A stretch of 17,966 nucleotides of DNA from Tubiluchus corallicola (GCA_030141605.1 JAQGDQ010002008.1:1-17966); one strand, 5' to 3'. Numbered from the stretch's first letter, positions 1-10,184 are shown. The notes: generated from the sequence alone by a model not told the origin. A program made the numbers and translations.

Positions 1-327
1 TAAAATTAGGCAAGTTTTAAGATAAAAATTCAAATTTCAAATTTACCGTTGTGCTCACGAATGAGCTGTTGAACGTGTACAGTTCGTCACAAACTAACAC
101 ATCTAAACTAATAGGTACAGCACCTGCTTTTTGTGCAACGTCCTAAAACACTAGTGCCGTCCAACTACGAATAGCGAAATGCATGTAATCAAGTAGTGAC
201 GCTGAACGTAAAATTGAGTTTGTGTGATAATAATGCGAGTCATTTTACGTATGCTTCCTTTCAATATTTTAAAGAGCAGATTGTTTTGGACTTCAAGCAG
301 TTTTAAAGATTGAGTCCAGTTTTACTT
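1..327. mobile_element. Partial copy of non-autonomous TTAA-type (Kolobok/T2-like) MITE, family K1
   Basis: Homologous to 8521-8871 (same orientation) and 2286-2629 (inverted); ends in ccagttttact followed by ttta/aaaa, i.e. the AG(G/T)AAAACTGG terminus. Confidence 0.7.
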
Positions 328-434
328 TTAAAAAGTACAAATCCATTTTTGTTAATAATTAACGAATTATACTTATTAATTTTTTAATAAAATGGGTACA
401 TCGAACTCATTCAATCATTATAATACGTACTTAG

Positions 435-815
435 TTTAAACATAATTTATTTAGGATTGGATCAGACAGTTTGAACAACATGATTTAGGATCCTCACCAC
501 AACAGACTTTATACACTATTTACAAGAACATTTACAGTAAGAATTGACTATACCTACACAAGCTGACAAGTTTTACTACAAGATTACATTAGACATTAGT
601 AACATTTACAGTAAGAATAGACTATAACTACACAAACTGACAAGTTTTACTACAAGATTACATTAGACATTAGTAAAAAATGACGGTTAGAAAATATTAA
701 CGTACGAATATTTAAGACTGATGCATTTCATATCAGATAGAAACTACTGGAAGCGTTTAGTACGTAATATAAAGTCATGTATACATTGAATATTTTACAG
801 TTAGCAAAAAAGTTA
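435..815 (-). mobile_element. 3' fragment of CR1/L2-group LINE (copy a; part of the inverted duplication)
   Basis: Reverse complement of 1802-2184 and homologous to 4713-5320; contains the TKRFQ-stop end of ORF2, the 3' UTR, AATAAA and the aaact tail. Confidence 0.85.
527..674. repeat. 74-bp tandem duplication in the LINE 3' UTR (also at 1944-2091)
   Basis: aacatttacagtaagaa...gattacattagacattagt occurs twice head to tail (527-600, 601-674); mirrored at 1944-2017 and 2018-2091. Confidence 0.92.
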
Positions 816-1438
816 CCTTGGCGCGAATAATAATGAAGTATCCCCACTTCCCCCTCTGAAATAGGCCCTGAATAATTATACAAATTGTGATCATACCTTC
901 CCATTTATAAAAGAGGCGAGACCGTGCGGGAATTTCTTTCACAACCCGACCGACTTGGCCCGGCTGGTTTTTGCCGCAAATAAAAATTAACGAGCGCACG
1001 AACATGAGGCGCAGCTGTGGGAACACGCGCTTTTTACGAAACGATTTCACCTCTTTTAGCACGCATGCGCGAATAAAAAACGTGCCAAAGAAAACTTGTT
1101 GCTCGTAAAAACCGAATGACCCGTTGGCACTTGAAAATTCTGCTTTGAAGTGAAATTAAACGCCTCTCCCCCCGTGGAGTTTTATGATGCCAGCGAAGAG
1201 CAATCCGAGTTTATGACTACCGTATCATATACCGCGCATCTCTCACATCAAAGCCTCGCCGACAGCTCAACGACCGGCCATCTCGGATCACGTGACGATG
1301 CGCGCGCAGGTTTATGGATGATGTTGTTGTGCTGTACGTCCGCGTCTGCTGCTGCATCAATGCGATACTGATTCTGTGTGGAATAAACAGCTTCCGAATT
1401 TCTGTGTGTTTTGAGTTTTGAGTGGCTTCTTGGAGATT
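816..1438 (+). promoter_or_regulatory. GC/CpG-rich promoter-like island and probable 5' UTR
   Basis: Clearly richer in GC and CpG than its flanks. Motifs: TTGGCGCGAA (818-827, E2F-like), TATAAAA (906-912), ACGCATGCGC (1061-1070, NRF1-like), TCACGTGA (1288-1295, E-box). Lies directly upstream of the ATG exon at 1439. Confidence 0.5.
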
Positions 1439-1498
1439 ATGATCGAGTTGGGAAACCTGCTTCTGTGCGTTGCTGTGATGGTGTCTGCTGTCATCTCG
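1439..1498 (+). CDS. Candidate first coding exon encoding a signal peptide (MIELGNLLLCVAVMVSAVIS), phase-0 donor
   Basis: ATG at 1439, 20 codons with a hydrophobic core and small residues at the end, followed immediately by a consensus donor TCG|GTAAGT at 1499-1504. Too short to appear in the ORF track. Confidence 0.62.
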
Positions 1499-1601
1499 GT
1501 AAGTGGGCTTCTCTTAATGATTAAACCATTTTCTCCACGGGGGGGTGACAGGTAATGTAATCCAGGTAAAATAGAATGGACAAGTTCTCTTCTAAGTACG
1601 T

Positions 1602-1602
<1 letters not shown>

Positions 1603-1636
<34 letters not shown>

Positions 1637-1643
1637 GAGAGAG
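1603..1643. repeat. (GA)n microsatellite flanked by a ~31-34 bp direct repeat
   Basis: aaatagaatggacaag...ctaagtacgta at 1569-1602 and again at 1644-1674, on either side of the GA tract. Confidence 0.9.
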
Positions 1644-1678
1644 AAATAGAATGGACAAGAACTCTAAGTACGTATTAT

Positions 1679-2184
1679 GTTTGTTGTTGTAGTTGTTATG
1701 TTTGATAAACTAAATGAAATACTTCTGTATGAAAACCTTAATATAGCTGCCTTAAGAACTAATGATCTGTTGAAGTTGTTATTATTCGGAAAAGATGAAT
1801 TTAACTATGTTGCTAACTGTAAAATATTCCAATGCATACATGACTATATATTACGTACTAAACGCTTCCAGTAGTTTCTATCTGATATGAAATGCATCAG
1901 TCTTAAATAATCGTACTTTAATATTTTCTAACCGTCATTTTCTACTAATGTCTAATGTAATCTTGTAGTAAAACTTGTCAGCTTGTGTAGTTATAGTCTA
2001 TTCTTACTGTAAATGTTACTAATATCTAATGTAATCTTGTAGTAAAACTTGTCAGCTTGTGTAGTTATAGTCTATTCTTACTGTAAATGTTTTTGTAAAT
2101 AGTGTATAAAGTCTGTTGTGGTGAGGATCCTAAATCATGTTGTTCAAACTGTCTGATCCAATACTATAATAAATTATGTTTTAA
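1679..2184 (+). mobile_element. 5'-truncated CR1/L2-group LINE (copy b) with 15-bp target-site duplication
   Basis: ORF 1677-1874 is the ORF2 C-terminus (...LLLFG...KIFQCIHDYILRTKRFQ*), nearly identical to ORF 5248-5511. Flanked by ctaagtacgtattat at 1664-1678 and 2185-2199. Extra GTT repeats at the 5' junction (1679-1691). Confidence 0.85.
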
Positions 2185-2629
2185 CTAAGTACGTATTATA
2201 ATGATTGAATGAGTTCGATGTACCATTTTTATTAAAAAATTAATAGATAATTCGTTAATTATTAACAAAAATAGTTTGTACTTAAAGTAAAACTGGACTC
2301 AATCTTAAACTGTAAGTCAAAACAATCTACTCTTTAAAATATTGAAAGGAAACATACGTAAAATGACTCACGTGAAAGAATTACTATCACACAAACACAA
2401 TTTCACATTCGCGCCACTAGTTCTTTGCTGTTACATGCAGTTCCCTATTCGCTAGTTAGACGGGCACTAGTGCCTGTATTTTGGAAGCCATTGCACAAAA
2501 AACAGGTGCTATACCTCTCAGTTAAGATGTGTTCGTTTGTGACGAACTGCACGCGTTCGACAAGCAGATGCGTGAGCACAGCAGTAAATTTGAAATTTAA
2601 ATTTTTATCTTAAAACTTGCCTAGTTTTA
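1802..2629. repeat. Right arm of the inverted duplication (partner 1-815)
   Basis: Reverse complement of 1-815, including the unique spacer between LINE tail and MITE. Confidence 0.93.
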
Positions 2630-2896
2630 GTACAACATACTGAATATCTTACAGTAGCACTGTACTCCAATTTTCGCTTTTGCAAACACGTGCAACACGC
2701 TCGTGGAATGTTTTTGATGTTGAAAATTATGTTAGTTTGTGACGTTATAAATAGTTGGGCTCTCTCGCCGTTAATTAAGCTTTTTATCTATTATTTATTG
2801 ATCAGAAACGCTTTTGCAGTATTTATTGTGTTGAAATGTATACTTTTTACAAGACTTGAAAATGGGGTGGTATGTGAAAAACCATCCTGTCTTCCC
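2286..2896. mobile_element. Full-length K1 MITE (Kolobok/T2-like), TTAA-flanked
   Basis: TTAA at 2282-2285 and 2897-2900; termini AGTAAAACTGGA and (reverse complement) GGGAAGACAGGA form an imperfect TIR; other copies at 1-327, 7505-7551 and 8263-8871. TTAA TSD with purine-purine termini is the Kolobok signature. Confidence 0.7.
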
Positions 2897-3054
2897 TTAA
2901 GACAGTAAAAGAGCAAAGGAAATAGAAACTCGTCAATGTTTTGTCCATAAAGTATAAAAGACTAGAAATTTCTATTGTAAACTGAAATTTCTTTTTTAAT
3001 TTTGTGGGACGATTTTGCTCAGATATTATTGGAGAATGTGTTCTGTACTCTAAG

Positions 3055-4130
3055 TAATGGCTGAAAGAATGAGTCAGTGAGTGAAAGAAAGAATGAATGA
3101 ATAAATGAAAGATAAAAAGAATGATGGAGTTAACTATATATATATGGTGAATGGATGAGCGAACGAATCATTAAATGAATGAGTGATTGAATGAACTAAC
3201 GAATGAAAGAAAGAGTTAATGAAAGGATGAATGAATAAACGAATAAATGAAGGAATGAACAAATGAGTGAATGAATTCATAAATAAATGAATGGTAAAAA
3301 GAATGATGGAGTGAACTAAATAGTGAATGAATAAGCGAATGAATAAGTGATGGAATGAACTAACGAATGAAAGAAAGAATTAATGAATGGAAAAATGAAT
3401 AAAAGAATAAATGAATGGAACGATCATTGAATGAACAAATTATGGAAGGATGGAATAAAGAGAGTGAATGAATGAATAAATAAATGAATGAATGAATGAA
3501 TGAATAAAAGAACAAATGAAAGAATGAATGAATGAATTAACCAATCAACGAATGAACAAGTTACGAAAGAAAGAAATAAAGAAAGAGTGGATGATTGAAT
3601 GAATTAGTGAATGAATGGATGAATGAATGAATGAATGAATGAATGGATGAATGAATGAATGAATGAATGAATGAATGAATGAATGAATGAATGAATGAAT
3701 GAACAAATGAAAGAATGAATGAATGAAGAAATTAATCAATTAATGAATGAACAAGTTACGAAAGAAAGAAATAGAGAAAGAGTGAATGAATGGATGAATG
3801 ATTGAACGAATGAGTGTATGAATGAATGAATGAATGAAAGAAAGAACAAATGAAAGAATGAATGAAGGAATTAATCAGTTAATGAATGAACAAGTTACGA
3901 AAGAAATAAACAGTGAATGAATGAATGAATGAATTAGTGAATGAATGGATGAATGAATGAACGAATGAGTGTATGAATGAATACGAATGAATAAATCCAT
4001 GAATGAATGAATAAATGAACGAATGAAAAAATGAAAGAATGACTAAATGGGCGAGTGCGTGGCTGATGAATGAATGAATCACAGATAGAACGAATGACTA
4101 AACGACTGTACGAACGAACACATGAAGTAC
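3055..4130. repeat. Degenerate (GAAT)n satellite with higher-order structure
   Basis: About 1.07 kb of GAAT/GGAT/AAAT units; the landmark caagttacgaaagaaa recurs at about 3558, 3752 and 3891. Confidence 0.95.
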
Positions 4131-4214
4131 ATGATATACAGCCATTCAAGAAGCAGAGCTAAATTAACGACCCCATCATGTACTACGTCAATTAACTCTT
4201 TACTCATATGATTA

Positions 4215-4401
4215 TGACACCTTGGATGCTGTTAGCCTGAGATTTGTGTTCCAGTGACGTCATAAAATTTATAATTGTGACACAGTGGATGCTGTTAGTC
4301 TGAGATTTGTGCTCCAGTGACGTCATAAAATTTATAATTGTGACACCGTGTATGCTGTTAGTCTGAGGCTTGTGTACCAGTGACGTCATAAAATTTATAA
4401 T
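4215..4401. repeat. 63-bp minisatellite x3, each unit carrying TGACGTCA
   Basis: Units start at 4215, 4278 and 4341 (tgacac...gtgacgtcataaaatttataat). Confidence 0.95.
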
Positions 4402-4712
4402 CTACTTCAATGTCTCGTTTCCAAAACTTCGTAACCAGGTCAGCATAATTGGCCAGGTAGACAAACACCTGTTCCCTACATGCTAATTTCTAATGCAAGT
4501 GTGAACTAATAAACCCGCGGAAATGAAATTCGCCATGTGAACGCTAATGGAATGACTCGGTCCGCGGGGTATTCATTAAAGGACAACAACAGGAACCGAG
4601 TCGTGTGAGAATGTTCTCTTGTTTGCCATAAAAATTCAGAGATACCTGCTGCTGTTCGTATTAAATTTTGGTTGAAAATTCTTCGCTCTGTGTGAGTTTA
4701 TTATTCGTATTT

Positions 4713-5566
<854 letters not shown>

Positions 5567-6411
5567 TTATTCCTATTTCTCCGTACAAAGGTGGCGAAAT
5601 CTTTTGTACAAGAAACAGTTATTACAAATTTTCAAATGGTCTCGTGAACTAAAAACAACAGTCAGCACCACTGACGCAAAGACATGGCTTTTGTTCGAGC
5701 ACAAACATCTGCAACGTTTCTTGACCAATTAAAGCAACAATGTTCCTGCAACAGTTCACCTAAATAAATACACAGCGTAGTATGAACAATTTCAAAAGTC
5801 AGTTTTTATTACAGGCACTTAAAAACATTTATAGTTAAACGAACTTCAATAAAACTTCTAATTCACATAGTAAAGGGACGTGTCAGATGTTTCAACTGAG
5901 CTACTGCTGTTTTAATAAAGTTGAGGTGTTTTAACTGTGTATAAAAATTAGAAAAATCAACTTTGTGAGAAGCAAACAAGAGGAATAGTAAATTGTACAC
6001 TTCTAGATCGTGTGATACTAAGCCAATAGAGAGAAAAAATGAAGTTATGTTACTCGAACGCAATTCATTCTGTGAACATATATTGTGTTGGAGTGACATA
6101 ACTTCATTAGTACTAATTACAATTATCGTATTTTTTGCACTTAAAGGACAACAAAACGGATACCTGAAGTAGGTTTCAGAAAAACCACCTTAGAAATCAT
6201 ATTTCTTGAGAACAATTTTATGCGTATATCTTACTCGCGTTGAAAGAAATTTTTGTTTGTTTTCATTTTAAATCTCCAGCAATACTGTTCCGACGGCGCC
6301 ATTACATGACGTCATACGTGCACAACGTAAATCAAGGGAAGAAAAGGAAATGTTAAACTATGTCCCAAAAGACTTTCCATGCAAATCTGTATTACTTAGC
6401 ATTTCACTTAC

Positions 6412-6432
6412 CTGCTGGAAAGACTTATGTAA
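6412..6432 (-). CDS. Possible 21-nt microexon (LHKSFQQ) of the minus-strand gene
   Basis: Minus strand reads ttattatttctag|TTACATAAGTCTTTCCAGCAG|gtaagt; phase 0-0, compatible with the phase-0 donor at 8079. May instead be a chance site inside a MITE remnant. Confidence 0.3.
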
Positions 6433-6879
6433 CTAGAAATAATAATTTAAAATGTTTGTGCCAATTTGTAAAATATCATTGACTCATCCTCTAGGGTGCG
6501 CCACTCACTAGTCAAAAACGTATTTTTAATCTTATTGACAATATACAGTAATTTCAAATTTTACTTAATTAGCAACATGTATGCTACGAATGCTCTGATT
6601 ATTTCAATTTTTTTCAAATTTTAAAAACAATTTTTGTCTTTAGTTCATTTAAATGTTATACGATTGTTGTAATCTCGATTAACCTATTAGTTGCCCAACA
6701 TAAAATTCCTGTTATTTTTTTTAGAAATTTCGGCATACTAGAATTCAGCACTCAAAAGCACGCCTAGTCAACCCAAGGTTTGTAGCATAACTGAAGCCTG
6801 GCCCATTATCCAAGATAATCCTTCAAGAAAATTTTTGTATAATATAAAATCAATGCATAAATGGGTTGATGATTAATCA

Positions 6880-7225
6880 AGAAAAGCAGATTGTCAGTTT
6901 TTATAGAAGTCTTCTAAGGAAAAGTTTTAAAGAAAAGATGGCTATACATAATCAAAAATGAAAATTTACACACTTGAAAGAAATTCCTAGGAATTCAAAA
7001 GTCAAGATCCAAAAATTAAGATGGCTAGGTCATCTTCTAAGTTTACCAAATGAAGCACCAGTAAGAATCACCTTAAAGGAAGCCTTAAAACCTTGCAAAA
7101 ACCACCTGGCAAACTAGAAACAACTTGAATAGCTAAGATAAATAAAAACCTTCAACCAAATCTAACTTCAGGAATAAAAGAACATAAGCTGTTACCTGCA
7201 GATAGGAGTGGGTGGAATACTCTAA
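6880..7225 (+). mobile_element. Degenerate RTE-clade LINE ORF2 3' remnant
   Basis: Frameshifted translation gives SFYRSLLR...KLRWLGHLLSLPNEAPVRITLKEAL...PGKLETT*I...ADRSGW, matching the RTE C-terminal pattern LRWxGH...GRP..W...DRxxW. Confidence 0.72.
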
Positions 7226-7504
7226 AAATGATAAAGCCTCACTCAATATCAACAATAGATGTGATGGGATCTTGAAGGACCCTATATGTCAGAGTGGCAG
7301 AGTGTAATTCATCACTCTTGAATGTTATTGTATCATTTAATGATCACTTTCTGTTGGCACAAGTGTTTGTGGCGTGTTACACAACAGTTGCCATTCACTC
7401 CAACTGTTTGTGGTTTGTTAGACAACAGCTAACATTCACTGTAACTATTTATGGTGTGCTAACTGCAATTCTTCAGCCATTAGTCGTTCTAAGTGATTTG
7501 ATAA

Positions 7505-7551
7505 AGGAAAACTGGACCCAATCGTAAACTGTAGCTCAAAAAAATCTACCC
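7505..7551. mobile_element. Isolated terminus of K1 MITE
   Basis: aggaaaactggacccaatcgtaaactgtagctcaaaaaaatctaccc matches 2286-2333 (agtaaaactggactcaatcttaaactgtaagtcaaaacaatctactc). Confidence 0.7.
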
Positions 7552-8079
7552 TAATAATAACATAAAATGTAATAAAATAATAAAAACAAGGCGTGCAGAT
7601 AAGAGAAACGGAAAATAACAATACTACACTTTCTAATCACAAGTACTTCAAAGTGTGGGAATAGCTGAGCGGTCATATTGTACAACGGTCATAGTTCCAC
7701 AGTTAAGCAACAGTGAGCCTGGTAAGAAAAATCAATTCTGCCTGGCACGAATCACTTCCTTGAGGTAAGTTAAAGACAGACAGACATCTAACCAGAGCTA
7801 AAGCATTTCAACAAGTTTTGTATCTCATCCTAGAGCATTATTCCTGCTAAAGAGCTAACTACGTTCCCGTCCCACCACAATCAAAAAAGAAAAGTTCAAT
7901 TAGCCAATACAGTGCCATAAAGTGCTAGATACCATCTTGCATGTCTGTATTAATGTCTCAACGAATTTATGCGATTTACGAAAATGGCACTACTGGTCTT
8001 CCAAAAACTCGGAATTCCGCGCACCAGCGGAAAATTCTTATCCCTGGACATGCATGCCGTTAACGATGAAGCCACTTAC

Positions 8080-8204
8080 TTTAGATTTACGCCTCTCCTT
8101 TAGACTGATTGGCTTCTTTGAAGAACGAGTAGGATACTTCTTTCGGACCGGGCCGGCTTCATCACCAGTAGGCTTACTTGGCATTGACTGATCTGCAATG
8201 TCAG
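8080..8204 (-). CDS. Exon E of the minus-strand AT-hook protein gene (ADIADQSMPSKPTGDEAGPVRKKYPTRSSKKPISLKERRKSK)
   Basis: Acceptor tttcttcttatttctatag|CT, phase 1, matches the phase-1 donor of exon D; ends at AAA|gtaagt (8079). If that donor is read through, the frame stops at TAA 8040-8038. Confidence 0.75.
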
Positions 8205-8262
8205 CTATAGAAATAAGAAGAAACCTGTCAGCCTTGCAAAATAACTTATAATACGTTGTGCA

Positions 8263-8871
8263 GGAAGACAGGACGATTTTTCAAATACTACCCAACTTTC
8301 AAATCTGATAAAAAGTATACATTTTAACACGATTAATACTGCAAAAGCGTTTCTCGTAATTAAATAATAGATTAAAAACTTAATTAACAGCAGGCGAGCC
8401 AAACTATTGATGACATCACAAACTAACATTATTTTCATCATCAAAAATATTCTGCGAGCATGTTGGCAAAAGCAAAAATTGAAGTACGGTGATACTATAA
8501 GATATTCAGTGTGTTGTATTAAAACTAGGCAAGTTTTAAGATAAAGATTCAAATTTCAAATTTACAACTGTGGCCACGCATGAGATGTCGAACGTGTGGC
8601 ATTCGTCACAAACTACGACATCTGAACTGAGAGGTACAGCACCTGTTTTTGTGCAATGCGTTTCCGAAATGCAGGCACTAGTGCCTGTCTAACTAAGCAA
8701 ATGGCGAAATGCATGTATCAGCGAAGAACTGGTGGCGCGAACACAGAATTGTGTTTGTGTGGTAATAATTCTTTCACGTAAGTCATTTTTGAATTAATAG
8801 TATGTTTCCTTTCTATATTTTAAAGAGCAGATTGTTTTTACCTTCAGTGCAAAATTGGATCCGGTTTTGCT
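8263..8871. mobile_element. K1 MITE copy (inverted relative to 2286-2896)
   Basis: Colinear reverse complement of 2286-2895; right end ccggttttgct followed by TTAA (8872-8875); left TTAA not retained. Confidence 0.75.
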
Positions 8872-9373
8872 TTAAAAATGTAATTCACATGTAATTGGGA
8901 GTAGTCACGGCATGTGCTTCGCAACCAAAGTTAAGCATCGAGAGGGCTCCTTAACTAACTGGATGATTGCCAGACAACCTGTCTTGGAGCTGTTTTACCT
9001 GCCATACTAACTCTTGCTCTTTTTGTCATTGAAAGAGATGAATGTCTGAGCACAAATGATTATTCTTGACAATGCTCTAGATTCCAGTCATTCCACAACC
9101 AAATGAAAGTAGCACTAACGCCTATTGTTAAGTGCTAGTGTCTGGTTGGTTAAACTGTGTAGAAAAATATGTAATAAAACCAGCCACTGTGTATCACAGT
9201 TTGTCCACATCGTGTTAATAAGTTTACGTGTTAAAAGAAGCATGTCACACATGTGACACTTGTCACATGTCTCACATGTGACAAGCGGTAAAAGCACAAA
9301 GCGAATCGCCAGTAAAGCACACCAGGTTTATCATTTATGGCAAGTTTTTGGCAATTTTAAACTAAACTTGTCA

Positions 9374-10133
9374 AGTAACTCACAAGCGTGTTCAGACTAG
9401 AGAGCAAAACTTGCTGTGAGTTACTCTCTGACAGTAAGCACGAGCTGACACTCACTTCTCTATTCACAGCAGGAAGTGTCGACAGTAACTCACCGAGTAA
9501 TTTGCAAGCATGTTCAGACTAGAGAGCAAAACTTGCTGTAAGTTACTCTCTGACAGTAAGCACGAGCTGACACTCAATTCTCTATTCACTGCAGGAAGTG
9601 TCGACAGTAACGCACCGAGTAACTTGTAAGCATGTTCAGACTAGAGAGCAAAACTTGCTGTAAGTTACTCTCTGACAGTAAGCACGAGCTGACTCTCACT
9701 TCTCTATTCACTGCAGGAAGTGTTGACAGTAACTCACCGAGTAACTTGCAAGCATGTTCAGACTAGAGAGCAAACTTGCTGTAAGTTACTCTCTAACAGT
9801 AAGTACGAGCTGACACTCACTTCTCTATTCACTGCAGGAAGTGTCGACAGTAACTCACCGAGTAACTTGCAAGCATGTTCAGACTAGAGAGCAAAACTTG
9901 CTGTGAGTTACTCTCTGACAGTAAGTGTGGACTGACACTCGCTTCTCTATTCGTTGCGAGAAGTGTCGAGAGTAACTCGCCGAAGCGTTCACACTAGACA
10001 GTAAGTCAATTCGCAGCGACGATTGGAAAGTTTGCAATTTCTTGCCAACAGTAACTCGCAAAGTAGTTCACACTTACGAGTTTGCTGTCGGAAAGAAAAC
10101 TTACGACTGAAAACTCGCTAGTCTGAATGTGCT
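9374..10133. repeat. Five ~122-bp tandem units plus the remainder of a TIR element
   Basis: ttcagactagagagc at 9391, 9513, 9635, 9757 and 9878 (period 122,122,122,121); degenerate continuation ends in ctagtctgaa (10118-10127), the reverse complement of the unit motif ttcagactag. Confidence 0.92.
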
Positions 10134-10169
10134 GCTAAACTACTGTTCAAAGCTAGTACAAACCCCGCT

Positions 10170-10184
10170 GCTGCCATCTAGTGT
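10170..10184 (-). promoter_or_regulatory. CTCF-like motif
   Basis: Minus strand ACACTAGATGGCAGC vs consensus CCASYAGRKGGCRS. Confidence 0.5.

Larger units (their letters stand above)
1..815. repeat. Left arm of a large inverted duplication (partner 1802-2629); runs off the window start
   Basis: Position 1 taaaattaggcaagtttta is the reverse complement of 2611-2629. Colinearity continues through the MITE, a ~100-bp unique spacer and the LINE tail to agtta at 811-815 (= taact 1802-1806), where similarity stops abruptly. Confidence 0.93.

Noticed and set aside
775-1371. ORFs 775-1062 (-) and 1150-1371 (+)
   Set aside because: Non-ATG starts and no recognisable motifs; better explained as GC-rich promoter/UTR sequence.
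1-2629. Fold-back chimeric read artefact as the cause of the inverted arms
   Set aside because: The arms differ by many substitutions and multi-base indels and enclose about 1 kb of unique sequence, which favours a real older duplication; read-level confirmation is still needed.
2690-2908. Similar ORFs at 2690-2908 and 8205-8552 as a duplicated gene
   Set aside because: Both lie inside K1 MITE copies; the similarity reflects the repeat and there are no transposase motifs.
4204-4401. CRISPR-like or coding 63-bp repeat (ORF 4204-4389)
   Set aside because: Whole units repeat without spacers; the ORF is a by-product of a period divisible by three and lacks splice support.
4508-4573. Short inverted repeat around CCGCGG
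   Set aside because: Imperfect 13-bp arms built on a self-palindromic core; no TSD or second copy.
9010-9115. Possible ancient CR1-type 3' remnant on the minus strand
   Set aside because: Only a vague WN...SF-like pattern across frameshifts; too weak without a profile search.
9374-9990. CRISPR-like array
   Set aside because: Units are near-identical along their whole 122 bp with no unique spacers; eukaryotic context and no cas genes.
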